Shown here: positions 1 to 13,663 of the stretch, in pieces
How positions within the stretch are numbered: position 1 is the stretch's first letter
Layout of the letters: the number at the start of each line of letters is the position of its first letter
NCBI GenBank assembly: GCA_905331485.1
Contig: CAJNYT010000045.1
Location: forward strand, 51,001-115,000
Direction: 5' to 3'
DNA: 64,000 bases
From: Rotaria socialis
Taxonomy: Eukaryota
Position numbers and translations under genes: made by a program
Notes under the pieces: model-generated
Told to the model about the DNA's origin: nothing
The model's database searches: none
The model's input: only the letters and a program-made list of their open reading frames with translations

Positions 1-204
1 TCAGGCTGGTCATTGGCAAGAAAATTAAGGTAACATCGTAGTCAATAGGATAGAGACTGACGGCATATCCAATCGAAAGGAATCGGTATTTAATTTCATA
101 CCATCTAGATTTTTTTTTCTATAGTCTTTACTTGAATTCTCATTTTTCAATAGTCCACCTAATATTTGGAATGCTCTTATGTGCATGAGGCATAGCAAAA
201 ACAA

Positions 205-232
205 GAGAAAGAGAGAGAGAGAGAGAAAGAAA
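205..232. repeat. (GA)n microsatellite
   Basis: Direct read: agagaaagagagagagagagagaaag tract. Confidence 0.6.
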
Positions 233-3200
233 CAGATTTTCTTTTTTCTCTTGGCAATGAAAAAGTCAATAGGAAAAAAACTGATCGAATCTTCAAACAA
301 GCTAAGGTGTTTTTATTGTTCTATCATCATAAATAAAAAAAATTGTGTATTTGTGAGTGAATGTGAGACTTTTTTTTGCTTCTTTTCATTTTTATTTGCT
401 ATTCATTCTTTTCTTCTCATTTTTTTTTCGTCACTGTCATTGTCTCGTTTTTTTTTTCTGTTTCTTTTGCATTTTGCTTTCTGCGCTCATTACTACTGGA
501 GTACTGTTCAGTTTTTGAAGACAAAGACAGATGGAGAAATAATAATAATAAGATCAAAATTAAAATTAACTTTAATTATTATAGCAAATTAAAATGGGTA
601 TTAAAAAAAACTAGCAATTTAACTAACTTCTATACTCAATAATGCATTGTCATTAATTTAAAATAACTCTTTCCTCTTTGACATGCAATAGAATTATTAA
701 TGAAGTAAATCTTCTAGAATATTTTTATTTCTTTGATCGTTTTTTTTCTTGGTTAAAATACATTATTTGATTTGTGGCAATGAGTTTTTGTTTTGCTTGT
801 TGAAGAAAAAAAACTTATTTAGTTTTGCTAAAAACTTGACTTTCACTTAGAGTGAAGTTGAGAATATTTGATCGTTTCAAGTGCATGAAAAAAAAAACCT
901 TTGATTTAAATAAAGAAAATAAACATGAGTAATCAACATTTTGAATCCATACGATCTCAACTTATTGCTTTATTTTTATGACTAAAGAAATACAAAGCTG
1001 AATTTAAAACTAAAGAATAATTTTCGCAGAAAAGTTTCAAATAGGCACACTTTAAAGTTCTAACATGAAAAGTGCCACATTTTAGATGAGAGCACTCAGC
1101 TTATTTTTATAGTGAGACTTTCAATCATTTATTCAAGCACTTTCTCTTCATTTTTAAATTAACATCTGATTGCGAATTTGATATGATTGAATAATTATAT
1201 CGCGTATTGTTAAAAATTTTTTCTTCCAGGCGTTTTAAAATACAAACAATTGGTCATCAAAAGAACCTTTACAATATGTTATTTCATAAGCAGATATGAG
1301 TTTTAATAAAAACGTTTTCTTATTTTAAGTACTCGAACAATAGCGACTTATAAAACTCATTAATATAATGGAAATTGATAGTGATGGATACAGTAGAAAA
1401 ACGATAGGATATCAATATTTCGACATTTTTACATGCATGATCGATGAAACTTCTAAAGAGATCGAAATGAATTTTTCTTTTCTTGATTAAAAAAAGTAAA
1501 GATAATATAACTTACTGTTCTAAATCAATCAATGTATCGAAATAGGAAAATTACTTCTGAAGAAAAGCGCAAACACAATGTGTTTAATGCTAATTCATAA
1601 TAGGGAAAATCGATAACTAGAACAAGTCAGCATGGTTTAAATGCGATTGGACCCATTCGAGTTGACCAGTCCTTAACATCTTGAGACTTCGGAATGAATG
1701 ACATTGAAAATCGAAACTACTAGTAACTATTTAATTTGGCTGAAGGATGGTTTTGGAGGACATTTTATTTTATTCGGAAGACTTTTTTCTATCGGAGTCC
1801 GCACATCGTCGAATTTTCCTAATCCCTTGTTTTCGAATCTTACGTTAGACAAATTATAGCGTTGGCTATCATCTCGCATCTAAGAGTCATTCCTTACGTA
1901 AAAGAACTAATTTTGTTGAACGTATCATTTTATGATATAAAATTTTTGTATTGTATCATATCTAGCTTGGTCATGAAACTTTTAGAACTTTTTAATGACG
2001 TTTCCTAAGGAGATTAGTTTATATTTACTTTGATTATCCCCAATCAGATCGCTAGAAAACTTCAATAATTATTGGAATTTATGTTTCAACACTAATGAAA
2101 CATGTCATAGATTTCATGCTTAGTATTTTTAATTTAATTGGTTTTACGTTTTCACTGAAGAATGCTAGATGATGATTAATTCATTTGCATGATTTTTACC
2201 TGGTGTTAAAAGGTTCTGAATCATCTGCTATAGATAAGTGACCAATGAAGATGATTCATTGTCAAAAACGGTTATATGTAAAAGATAGAGGCAAACTCAA
2301 TACTGCGGCTCGTCGTCAAGGATGACTCATGCTTGTCTGACTCGGCCCAGCTCAGAATGATACCACCAAAAGCTTATTATTAAAGTGATTAAGAATTAAG
2401 TAAGATTGAAGAAAATAAATGCTTGAAAAAGCAGCATATGCGATCAGCCGAATTATCCATTGAACCGAAAAGATAAGATACGAACATGGATATATATCCT
2501 AAGTCCAAAAGCACCTCTACTTATTAATTTAGGTTTTCTCCAATCGCCATTATCAGTTAAATTGCTCCCATTCAACAATAAACATATCTCTGAAAAATAT
2601 TCGCATAACGAAGAAGCTTGCAGTGATTTATAGAATCGATTAAAATCTAATGCTATCTATTCTCTGACTTGTGACATGGTCCTTGAAGAAAGCCCGTTAA
2701 ATTCACATTCACGTGACTCGATCGGCTTGAAAGAAAAATGCATATGAGCGTTCTATTTCGAGTCCTGGTATGAATTTCTAAATTACTTTCTAATCGAACG
2801 AAGACAATTTGCTCCAACAAACTGTTGAAATGCAAGGCACATTTTTGAATCAAATAGAATTTAATGACATTAAAAATTAATTGAATCGTGTACATTTTTT
2901 AATTGTGTAAAAATAGGTAATGAAAATCTTCGTATGTTACATTCGAATGTCCCTACTATTGAAGTTTAACGAATGAAAACATCAAATATTGATAAACAAA
3001 ATACTTTTCAGAAAAAAACAAATCAATCGAGGTATTACAATTAGCATATTTTTCATATGCATATATGATAGTTTTATTAGTTTTTGACCTATAGGTTAAC
3101 ATTGAATGTTTTCTAACGGATATTGCTGAAAATCAATATGGAATCTATAATGAATCTTTGTTTCTAATTAATTCTCTTAGATCAATCCATGATAAAAGTA

Positions 3201-6200
3201 ACATTGGCTCATTACATCCGATTCGAGTTTCTTTTTAAAACCATTGCTCTTGTTTCGTCAAAATAGATTAATGTCTAATTTTATCGTCTAAAATGAATAA
3301 TAATAAAAACCGTTGATTTCATCGATAGATACATAAGCAAATTAAAATAATCACTACGATAGTCATAAAAAATTAAAATAAACTGTGAATCTATATGACA
3401 ACTCATCTTAGGCCCTTTTATGTTTAGTTTAAGATCAATTGTGCGCGTGATGGTCAGTTTTAAAAAAGATTATCAGCTTGAAAACAGAACTAGTAACACA
3501 GTAGAAATTCCAGCAACTGTTGCATCGAATCTGTAAATGTATGATCATTTTCACCCATTATGGAATAATATTGATAGTCGTTAAACATCTCGATTCGAGT
3601 TATTTTCTCATTCGTTCTGTTAATGTTCCTTATCCTCAGATGAACTATGCTTTAATGTTTATTCTTCATACGATGAAACTCGGAGGACATTTTTTGTACC
3701 TATTATATAACTCTATCAAAGTTAACCTTGCGACACGATGTTTTTCAGGCAATATTACATGTGCGCGATCAACAATCAAATCAAGATCATAAGCATAGTA
3801 AAATGAGATATATATCTTCAAATTCTTATTTCCCCTTTTCTCGATATCACCCAATTGTGAAGAGCGAATTGTAGAATAACAAGTTCCATTTGTATATTTT
3901 CTACGGCAATATTTGACTAAATTATTTACCGAAGTCCGTCGATTTGTGTACAAAAGCCAGAAGAAGGCTGGACAGAAATGTAATCCATGCCAAATGTGTT
4001 CAAGTGATTGAGACCATGAGGAACATGATCATTCAATGCGTGCGAAATTTTTAACAAGTTCTAATCACTAACAAACATAAACAACTTTTAGTTAATCTGA
4101 CAACACGGATTTTATGGCAAGACCCTGTTTCTGTTAATTATTTACCAAGACTATTTATAAACAATAGAACGAATACAATTTTTATATATAATTGCTCATG
4201 ACATTTACATCACGCTTTAACTAGGCTTTTTTACTTCAACAACGCTGTACTTAGATTAAAAAAGCGAACTTGTCTGAGAGAACAGCTGATGATGATAAAG
4301 AAAGCCTTTGATTAGAACTTCTATTTTTTAAATTTTATTAATCAAATCAGAGAAAAATTCTACCGTCGCCTAAAAAATAAGTAGAGTAAAAATCATACTA
4401 AAACATTGTTAATCTTATTCAAATTAAATCATGTGAAAATAATACTATGTATATGGTCTCGATCATATGCACCCAGTAATGGAAATTCATAGAGAGCAGA
4501 CATGGAGTCGGAAGTGTCAATATATAAAACGATTGCTGTTTTTTAAACTATATGTTGAAGAAATATGAAACAATGTTTTGTTAAACTCTACTTCTAATGT
4601 TTCTTTTTCTCAACTCAGCTCATATTTAAAACTTAAAATTAGTTTTGACATTGAACAAATAAAGTCTCCGAGAAGCATTTTTCCAGTCACGGATCGAAGT
4701 TATACGGTGACGCGAAAACTTTTATTGTTTGCCTTTTGTTTCTGTTTTGATTTGCGTTTCCCGTTAAATGACTATGCTAAATAGCTTTTAGCGTTTATCT
4801 AAATAATGAACACCAACAAGAATATGATTATACAATATCGTTATGAATCAAAATCGGTTCCTGTTTCTATTAATACGTTTTCCTATGACTGATCAACGCT
4901 GTGAATACAGATTCGATACAGACCATTTGCAAAAAGTGCTGAATGTTTCAAGATAAAAATAACCATTGAAAAGGATAAATTGATAGGTTCTGTTGACTCA
5001 CGTATCTAAAAGAGACGAAAACAAAATTCATGCATCAATTAATTACTGTAAGGTGTAAAGTACTTCTGCATTTTTTCTTTCAATATTCTAATATACCGAC
5101 ACGGCTGTTAAGATATTATTTCAATTACTTTTTTCATCTGGTTCTCTTTTTAGAAATTATCCACAAAGCGTGTCCGAGAACAAGGAAGGTCAACGAGATA
5201 TTAGATGCGCCCTTCTCATTGTCAACAGAACCTAGCTGAATGCCATCAAAAAACGGTCGCGGATCTTGTTGATATATGAACTAAGTCGCCATCATATTTC
5301 TAGAGGATAAGGTAATAGTAGTAGATACTGTCATTTGTTGAAAATAGTTGCATATAAGACGAAGTTTCCAAATAGAATCGCTAGAAAAAGCAAGTAAATT
5401 CAAACTTAGAATGAGAGACAATCGTAACCGAGAAATGGAAACGGCAAGCTTACGCAGCTTGTTCAGATCATAAAGTTAATCGTACAGGCAACATTTTGTT
5501 CTTTACGCATACAAATTTTTACGTTTCTCTTTTCAAGTTTGAGTTTGACAGTGAGTGAAAGTTTTCTGAAGCGACCGGTAAGAACTGGCTGGTCGACCTG
5601 ATGCAACCGTCTCGGTTCCAACACTGCATGCGATATTCTGATAAAGATGTGCTGTAAAAAATAAGTTTTAAAGTACGCATTTGCGAAGAATTTTGAAATT
5701 ATTTACTAAAGAAGTAATCGTTCACTAGACGTCCTTTATGGATGATCTCGTATTGATGAGATCGGAAAATAAAGCTTGCCGATTTTCGCATCGTTTGATG
5801 TTGAATAGGTAATTCTTACCAGTTCTCGATGCATTTTCATTAGTTTTGGGGTGCTTTTTCCTACTTTTTAACTTATCTCAATGATAGCCATTAACGAACA
5901 CATCAAAATCATATGTGAAATGTACGTGCCATGCATACCGGTTCTATACATATCTTTACACACAATCAACATATGATTAATATTATCAAACAGGAAATGA
6001 ATTAAAACAAAATGTAGGGAAAAAATCGTCTACTGGCAAATAGAAATTCTTTAGTTATCACATACTAAATGCCAACCTTCAGGTTTAAAAAAAAAGGATT
6101 CAATCATATTATTAGCGTGATTGAATAATAATTGCATTGATCGATGAGAACAGAATCAAGTAACACACTGCTATATAGGCCAATATGTTTCCTATTGACT

Positions 6201-6525
6201 AAATATGAAAGCCAGGAGGATCTTTTTCAAAATACGTGATCGGAGAAGCAAATAAGAAGAAACCACCGAACAAAGAACAAGAGAGAAATAAGAGAAAAAG
6301 AAAGAAATTGCTAAATCCATTAGTTACGGAGAATAAATAAAGCTAACTAACATTCGCATAGAACTCTTCTTTTTTCTCTTTCACTTATCATTCGCAGTTT
6401 CTTTCAGCAATCGATTATCTCAGCTTTTCATACATCAATATTTTCTTCTTTGAAAAATCAGGTATATGTTGTATTATGCATTCCGTTCATTATTGTCTTG
6501 TATTAATACTATTTCTTTAGTAATC

Positions 6526-6819
6526 ATGCGTATGATATCGGTCAACTTTATTCTATGTCTATTAATTGTCTTGATTGGTATTGCTGTTTCATCAAGTTCA
6601 CCCACCGATAACGATGAAAGTACAGCACCAGCTGATTGGAATTACTTCGATGCTTATTATCCATATCATCTTCTTAAAGCTCGCGCTGCTAAATCACGAT
6701 TTTGGAAACGTTCACCTCATCGTAAATTTTGGAAACGATCCTTATCTGAATTGGCCATGAACAATGACGATATGACTGAATTTCAATATGGTCAAGATCA
6801 ACAACAAGAAAAACATTAA
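6526..6819 (+). CDS. Putative secreted peptide / neuropeptide-like precursor, single exon. Signal peptide MRMISVNFILCLLIVLIGIAVSSS; dibasic-flanked ...SRFW-KR and ...RKFW-KR motifs.
   Basis: ORF 6466..6819. An internal ATG at 6526 gives a canonical hydrophobic signal peptide. Two KR dibasic sites flank short peptides ending in FW. No domain match I can recall. Confidence 0.45.
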   Translation: MRMISVNFILCLLIVLIGIAVSSSSPTDNDESTAPADWNYFDAYYPYHLLKARAAKSRFWKRSPHRKFWKRSLSELAMNNDDMTEFQYGQDQQQEKH

Positions 6820-7329
6820 GTCATTCGAGAGCAGCACAAAAATATGAAAAGACCTTTTCTTTTTTTCTCATAATGTTTTCTTTTATTTCAATGAACTCAC
6901 TGGTGTGATACTCCGTCGACTAACAAGACGAAGAAATTAGCCTGTGCATCCTTGAGAATATCAAATCTTAAATAATAATAATAAAAAACGGAGAAAACAT
7001 AATTAAATAGAAAAAAAAATAAAAGTAAGAAGCTCGTTTCTCGTATTACGCGATTAGCTATCCAGAATGGAATGTAATCCACAGAGACCTAACGCATTTA
7101 TAACTTGAGATCATTATTCTTCAATTGTGCTCGAGGATAATGCAAGAATCGATATTAGCAAGTATCGATAATAATTCATTTTCTTTTTTCATTCATGCGT
7201 GTAATGAACAGTAAAAAAAGCGATTTATTTTCATACAATATATCACACCAAGAAAAAGAATCCTAACAATGGATTAATCTTGATTGAGTTCTATTTCAAG
7301 ATGATTAAAACAAGATTAAATACACAAAA

Positions 7330-7848
7330 TTATTTTACAAAATGAATAGGAACAGGCGATCGGTTACTAGGAGTAAATACTCGGCATCTAGTGTCGTTTG
7401 TTTGTCGTTCATCTAGTTGCTCGTAATAAACAGAACGATTGTATACTTGAGAATTTGGTTTAGTACATTGCAATTTAGGTAAACATGAAGATTGAACGCA
7501 TTTACACCGGCTTTTATCTGCATTTAGTAATGTTTGATAGAGTGAATATTTTGCTGGATTTTCATAAGACTTTTTGAATCGTCTTCGTGGTGTACTTGTT
7601 TTATATGCTTCGCGCACTTTACTGAGAAACTGTATTAATAATATCAATAAAAGTAAAAATATTGCGATCAAACCAATCGTAACAAGTATTTCGCGTATAT
7701 GAATATAAGAGAAGGACGATGCAACCGATGGATAAAAACGATCGAAAGATTGTTTCAGTTTTGTGTTCCAGTCGAATTCCGAAGAATTCATACTCTCTAT
7801 AATATGAATAAAAAGAGAAAAGAAAATGAATTCAGTTTTCCTACGCAC
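7330..7848 (-). CDS. Hypothetical single-pass membrane protein (172-aa ORF). TM segment ILVTIGLIAIFLLLLILLIQFL followed by a basic juxtamembrane stretch.
   Basis: Unusually long open frame for ~30% GC DNA, with a clear hydrophobic TM helix and non-low-complexity composition. No recognisable family. Confidence 0.3.
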   Translation of the reverse strand: MRRKTEFIFFSLFIHIIESMNSSEFDWNTKLKQSFDRFYPSVASSFSYIHIREILVTIGLIAIFLLLLILLIQFLSKVREAYKTSTPRRRFKKSYENPAKYSLYQTLLNADKSRCKCVQSSCLPKLQCTKPNSQVYNRSVYYEQLDERQTNDTRCRVFTPSNRSPVPIHFVK

Positions 7849-9359
7849 TTGTCAAATGAGCTCTATTTCATTCGTTTTCTTTTTTGTTTTTATTTCATTG
7901 AAAAAGAAATCAATCCTACTCTCCTACACATCTTATTTCGTATGAGAAAAGAAAAATAAGTTATGAGATTTGTTCGAATTTTTCGTTTTAATTTGTACTT
8001 CTATTGGCGTGTGTCAAAAGATTTCTTTTTCTTTTCTTAATATGATTATCGACATCCTATAGAATCGCTCGTAAATATATATATATATATAAATTCTGAG
8101 AATTGAGTAGGTAATAAAATACGCATGACTAAAGTCAAATACAATTATTGTTTTTACTAGATTATGCAACATTACTATTGTTATAGGTTTGTCTTATGAC
8201 GAAATATATGATTCAGATACTCCTGATGTGTTTATTACAGTAAAAATAGAAAGAATAAAAATTTCAAGATTCCCAAAGTGTAAGTTCAGAATGTAAAAAT
8301 AGGAAACGTGGTGATGAGTAAAATTGTCGTTGTATTTCCGAGACAATTTCGTTGTCACAATCAATATTAATACGACGTATATTGTCAGAGGTATTCATTT
8401 CGTATTGGAAATAACCTTGATCAAAAAGAAAAACGAATAACTCAATAAATTTATCGATATGTTTACTTTGTTATTTTTAATGATCACTATATTGATTTTG
8501 AAAAAAGGAAATCAAATGCAAATAAAAAATTCATTTCGCTCTTTTTTTATTTGAGCGTAACACATTTTCATCGAGTCATAGAAGACCGATGGTGGGCAGT
8601 CTACAATTGAAATTACAGTGTAGCAAGACAAAAGCCGTTAAATCTTGTTTCCTACTTGATTAAAAATGTATGTCTTTTATAAGAAGAAAGAGTTCGTGTT
8701 GACTTAACCCACGCTCAATTATACTAACAAAGCGATGCCATTGAGATTTTAAGCATATTTAATCGGACTAAATGCATGCAGGAATAAACATCGACTAAGA
8801 CGCATATGCATATGAAGAAACTCAATTTTTAAACAGTATATGACCGTTTAATATGAGCTTCTGCAAAAAAATATGGTGAAACTCTATTGGTTATTCCCTC
8901 AAAATTTCGGCACATTCAGCAAGAATCTGTCAATTGGTCGGCGGGCGTGCTCAATCTCCCTAATATCGGCTACGAGAGGGCAGCCTTGGAAACATTCTGA
9001 TCGAACACCACAACATATATGTTCATTTTCATGCAGGTGGTTTAATTGTATCAAAAAATTATTTGTCTCGTTATGATATTAATAGAACTGAGAGCAAGCG
9101 TGATTATTTCAATTGTACTTTTGTTCCTATTTTTTTTGTGATATATTCTATACTTGCTAGACTATCATAATATGATAGAATTATTTCTTAATAATGAAAT
9201 TTTGATACCAATTTTCGCCACCGAATAATAATCCAATGAGAGTTCTTCATTGAGAGAAATTTACTTATCTAAGTTAAAATAAAAGCTTATTTATAGATTG
9301 ATTCAAGTACCTTTCCTATACGGAGAAAAGATATCCGCTCATGTTTCCTATGTAACATC

Positions 9360-9582
9360 TAGGGGTGGCACTTTAACTTTAAATTGACCGTAAAGTGCAG
9401 AGTTTAAAGCTGTTTAAAGTCACACTTAAATGCTGCTTTTTGGCGTTTTATCTGTTGCAGAGAGTCTCATAAGCATGGCTAAATACATCAGTACAGTAAA
9501 AAGTATTAAAAATAAGCGTTTAAAGGCGACTTTAAACAACTTTAAACTTTACGGTTAAAGTAAAGTTAAACTGCCACCTCTA
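9360..9582. mobile_element. Non-autonomous hAT-like MITE (~223 bp) with ~60-bp terminal inverted repeats (TAGGGGTGGCAC...). Flanked by a perfect 8-bp TSD GTAACATC at 9352-9359 and 9583-9590.
   Basis: Left end taggggtggcactttaactttaaattgaccgtaaagt and right end actttacggttaaagtaaagttaaactgccacctcta are reverse complements. An identical 8-bp direct repeat gtaacatc lies immediately outside both ends. 8-bp TSDs are characteristic of the hAT superfamily. Confidence 0.6.
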
Positions 9583-12452
9583 GTAACATCATAAATCAAG
9601 TGTATATTTAGTTGTATTTATGGAAGAAATAACTAAACCAACTGAAGCTCATAAGTCACTTCAACGAGCTTTCGTACTATCGATAAGAACCCAAACAAGC
9701 CACACAAAATATTATCTCGTTGGCCTAGAAAACAATATTCTGCAATATGTGGTTTTCCTATAATTTCATTGATTCTATTCGCTGAGTCATATAATCATCG
9801 ATTTATTTCCTAAAACAAAAACTCCTGAATACAATTATGAGCACCACTTTAAAACGACATGATAAGAGATAATTAGAAATCACAACTCAACAAAACTGTA
9901 GATCAAGAATACTTCTTATTTTTCTTTTGTTTTTAATCAGACCATCATAGGTAGGAATGTATATACTTTCAAAGAACTGCTCGTTGGTAGCTCCCGTTGA
10001 AGCATTGGTGCATTCTTTGGATCGCTCTTTAGAGCTGCATATCCCTGATCATATACAATCATTAATATTGAACAGGTTGTCTTGTGTTTTTCAAAATGCT
10101 TTTATAATCAACATTCATTGTAGAGTTACTCGATTTTATGCTAAAAATGATTGACGATCTTAAGTTCGTAAAGTGAATCATAATCAGTTTTCTTTTTTTC
10201 ATCTATTGTTACATTGTACTGCTTGGCTATTATGACCGCATCATGCATAAGATCGGCATCTGTAAAGTTTATCGACGACACTAAAAAAACAACTTTGTTA
10301 AAAATTCAAAAGATGAGTTTACTGAATGTTGTTCCTTTAAATAGAACTCGAAGTACGATGAACGGCGAGTGCCTAAAGTCGCACTTATAATATTTCGTAC
10401 AAGTAAGATTGATTGCAACTTAAAAGTATTAACATTAAACAATATGATGAGAAATTTAGATCGCCAACATTTTCAATCGAACTCAACTTATTGTTATCAA
10501 GATAATTAAATTTCTAGTCAATTTTTGAAGTGAACAAACTTTTTCATCTGTTAAAGATCTTGAGTAAATATTAGATCAATTGAATAAAACAATGCACCAC
10601 TGCAGTCTATCAGTTGTTGTCTTTTTACATAAAGAGCGAAACATGAGAAAGAAAGAAAAATGACAGTACGAAAAAAATAATAGGAAAATATGTAAGGATT
10701 ATCGTTTTTCAACTGATAAAATGACAGTTTATCAATTATTTCTATTATTCATAATGCAATCCAATGAAGCTGTTCTATAAAAACAAAAGATTCCATTTAA
10801 TAAACATTTATCTTATTTAGATAATTGAATTTGACATATGTTGAAAAATGTAATCTAGTGTCTATAATTAACCGACTAGCATTACTCGTGAAAAAACAGA
10901 TTGAGAAGAAAAAACAGAGTAGAAGAACATAATTGTTTTCTTTAATTTCCTTTTTCTGCAACTATTTATATGATCGATATAGTCTGAAACGGATCAGGCG
11001 AACATAGTCAGAGTAGATGTCCTTTGACATGTGCATTACACATTCTAATTCTCTTCTCATAGTCTCAGAGGCAAAAAAAAGAGATGACGCCAATAGTTTT
11101 TACATATATTTTCATATGCATCAATAAAGAACAATGTTCTATACATTATTATTTATTGTTGCTTTCATATATTTAGTTCCAATCAAGTTAAGGTATAATA
11201 GCCAAAAAAAGCAAAACCGAAACATCTAAAGTGTAGTTGAAGTTTCTTTTCTTTTTCTTTTTTGTTATGCTTTCTGCCGCTTAGAGAAAAGGTGATCAAT
11301 CAAGTAGTACGATTTTTGCCGATTACTCAAATGCAAGAAGAAGTTCATTATATATTTGAAATAGTATTAGAGTGAATGTTTGCAGCGCAATGTTTCTTCT
11401 GCACAATTGTTGCAAAATTTATGCATCGAAATCTCGTGAGATCTCGCTCATGAGTCTGTCTTATCTAACAGATAGTAAAACATTCTATGGCGATATTTTT
11501 AAACGTAATCAACGTATTCCAAAGGATAGTGTCTAAATAGGGTCTTGCTTATTTTTCTTGAAATTACTTTGGCCTCGAACAATATATTCTCAGTTTCATT
11601 CTTTCTCATGCATAATAAACTTCAATTCAATACGTTCTTTGCACTCCAACCTTTTCATGAAAAAATGCTTCTACATTTTTCTTATTCTATTGAATTCATT
11701 CAATCCTCCACTTTGTTCACTGTTTTCCCATCTTTTTCCTTCGTATGTTCGTATTTCACTCGTTTATTTATCTAGAGTGGCGTCTTTTCTAGAAGTATTT
11801 TTTTCCTCGTTTACTGGTAGCGCTTGCCTGAATATTTATTAGAATGATTTGATGAACATGAAAAGATTCCAGGAAACAAACGAACGGACGAGCGCAAACA
11901 AAGTAAAACGTGTGTCGCTTGTTGAGAAGTTCATGCTCAATTCATACGGTATCACTTAGTTGCTACTATTATTATTGCATTTCATTACAATACGAATGTT
12001 AAAAAGGAATAAATGAGTAAAGTAGAGAGCGAGAGAACGAGAAGACAAAGAGAACCGTGTAGAACTGTTTATCTTTCCGGGTGCCGACATATAGAACCTT
12101 CATATAAAAAAAGAAGAAATGATGTCGAACACACTTCACTCATATACTGTTATCGTTGATACATACGCATTCAAAAATCTATCGAGTAAGCCTAGCACTG
12201 TGCAATTGCTGTCTTATCCTTAGGGAGTTCTTTGCGCATTTTTTGCTTTGACTTAGTATATTAATGACTTTGCTCATTTCTTGCCATATGTGGTGATTGA
12301 CTATGGTGATTTTTCTGAATAAATGTTTTTATCAAGATTTCTTTTTCAAATTTATTTCAGTTCCTACTAATTAGTCATTAGTATTATCATCATCGTCATA
12401 ATTATCATCTAGATTTCGCCATCATTATTCTAACACTCATTATCGAAACACT

Positions 12453-12755
12453 ATGCAGACAAAATTCTTTATTTTTGCTGGTCTTCTAGCCGTCCTGTTT
12501 CTTTTTCATTTCAACACTGTTGTTGAATCAACATCGGTCGCAAACAGTGATGAACAATGGAACGGCATAAGCTCTGAAGACTATGATTTTGAAAAACGTC
12601 TTGCCTCAGCAAAATTCGCAAGTGGACTTGGCAAACGATTATCATCAGCTAAATTTGCTTCGGGTCTTGGAAAACGTCTATCATCGGCTAAATTTGCTTC
12701 GGGTTTGGGCAAACGACTTGCATCAGCTAAATTTGCATCTGGCTTGGGCAAATGA
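12453..12755 (+). CDS. Neuropeptide precursor, single exon, 100 aa. Signal peptide, then four tandem copies of L(A/S)SAKFASGLG flanked by KR. Predicted mature peptides are (L[A/S]S)AKFASGL-amide.
   Basis: Sequence MQTKFFIFAGLLAVLFLF... then ...EKR LASAKFASGLGKR LSSAKFASGLGKR LSSAKFASGLGKR LASAKFASGLGK*. This is the classic prohormone architecture: dibasic cleavage sites plus a C-terminal Gly amidation donor, repeated. Confidence 0.8.
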   Translation: MQTKFFIFAGLLAVLFLFHFNTVVESTSVANSDEQWNGISSEDYDFEKRLASAKFASGLGKRLSSAKFASGLGKRLSSAKFASGLGKRLASAKFASGLGK

Positions 12756-13663
12756 AGTGTCCAATAAAATAAAGAAAAAGAAAATATATATACATTAAGT
12801 ATCAACATATATATATATATATATACACACACACTTTTATTTTTCATTTTTCATTATATTAACCTGTGTGTGTATAGGATTCTTATCCAGTGCGTAATTA
12901 ACATGATCCATAAGGAACGTCGTGAACCATCAGATGAAACATTTCTCCAGTTTTGTTTCTCTACAAATAAAAAACAAAGCCCAAAATGAATAATTCTTGA
13001 ATATTATTGATATTCGAGATTGACAGGACTATGTTTTAGTTCACACCGCACTTTCGTAGTATTTTATCAGAGGACACAGTCAATTTCACATAAAAAATAT
13101 CAATCACCAAAATAAAGAAAACAAAATATTTAATATCTTTTAAGAAAAATATGATAATGTTGAATATCAGAATCGACTTTGAAAGAAACCATGGCTAGTA
13201 TGGAAAAAAAAGATATTAAAAAGCATTTTAAATTGATCGTTAGAGAAAGAGACAGTTCATAAGTTCAATATTTTTACTTTTGATTTATCCATGAATAATT
13301 TCAATCTTTTGATCATCATCATGTGTCACGTTCATATGAGAAGAATGATATAAAAATTCGTGCAGGTCATCGTCTCGCCTTCTAGATAAATCTATAGAAT
13401 TATTCAAAAATGAACTAATTAAATTTTCTATGTATTTTGTTAAGAAAATTATATTTCGAATTAATCGTGTAATAATAGTATGAATTCTATCTATCTTTTT
13501 ATTTGAATGTGTCCTTTTGATATCAACGATCATTATCCGTTTGTATGCGGTGAATTGAACTGGAACGAGACAGTCGACAAATAGAAATAACGATGTACTC
13601 GACAACACTTTTTCTCACATCAATATATACGTATAACAGTGTTCATTTGCATATCGAAAAGAA

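Noticed and set aside
179-642. ORFs in the first 650 bp
   Set aside because: T-rich low-complexity DNA (poly-T/CTT runs) that yields F/L/S-rich pseudo-ORFs. No signals of a gene.
12581-12847. 88-aa minus-strand ORF and overlapping + frame ORF 12583..12798 across the neuropeptide repeats
   Set aside because: They mirror the four tandem repeats of the + strand prohormone gene (repeat-induced open frames). They have no start context or signal peptide logic of their own.
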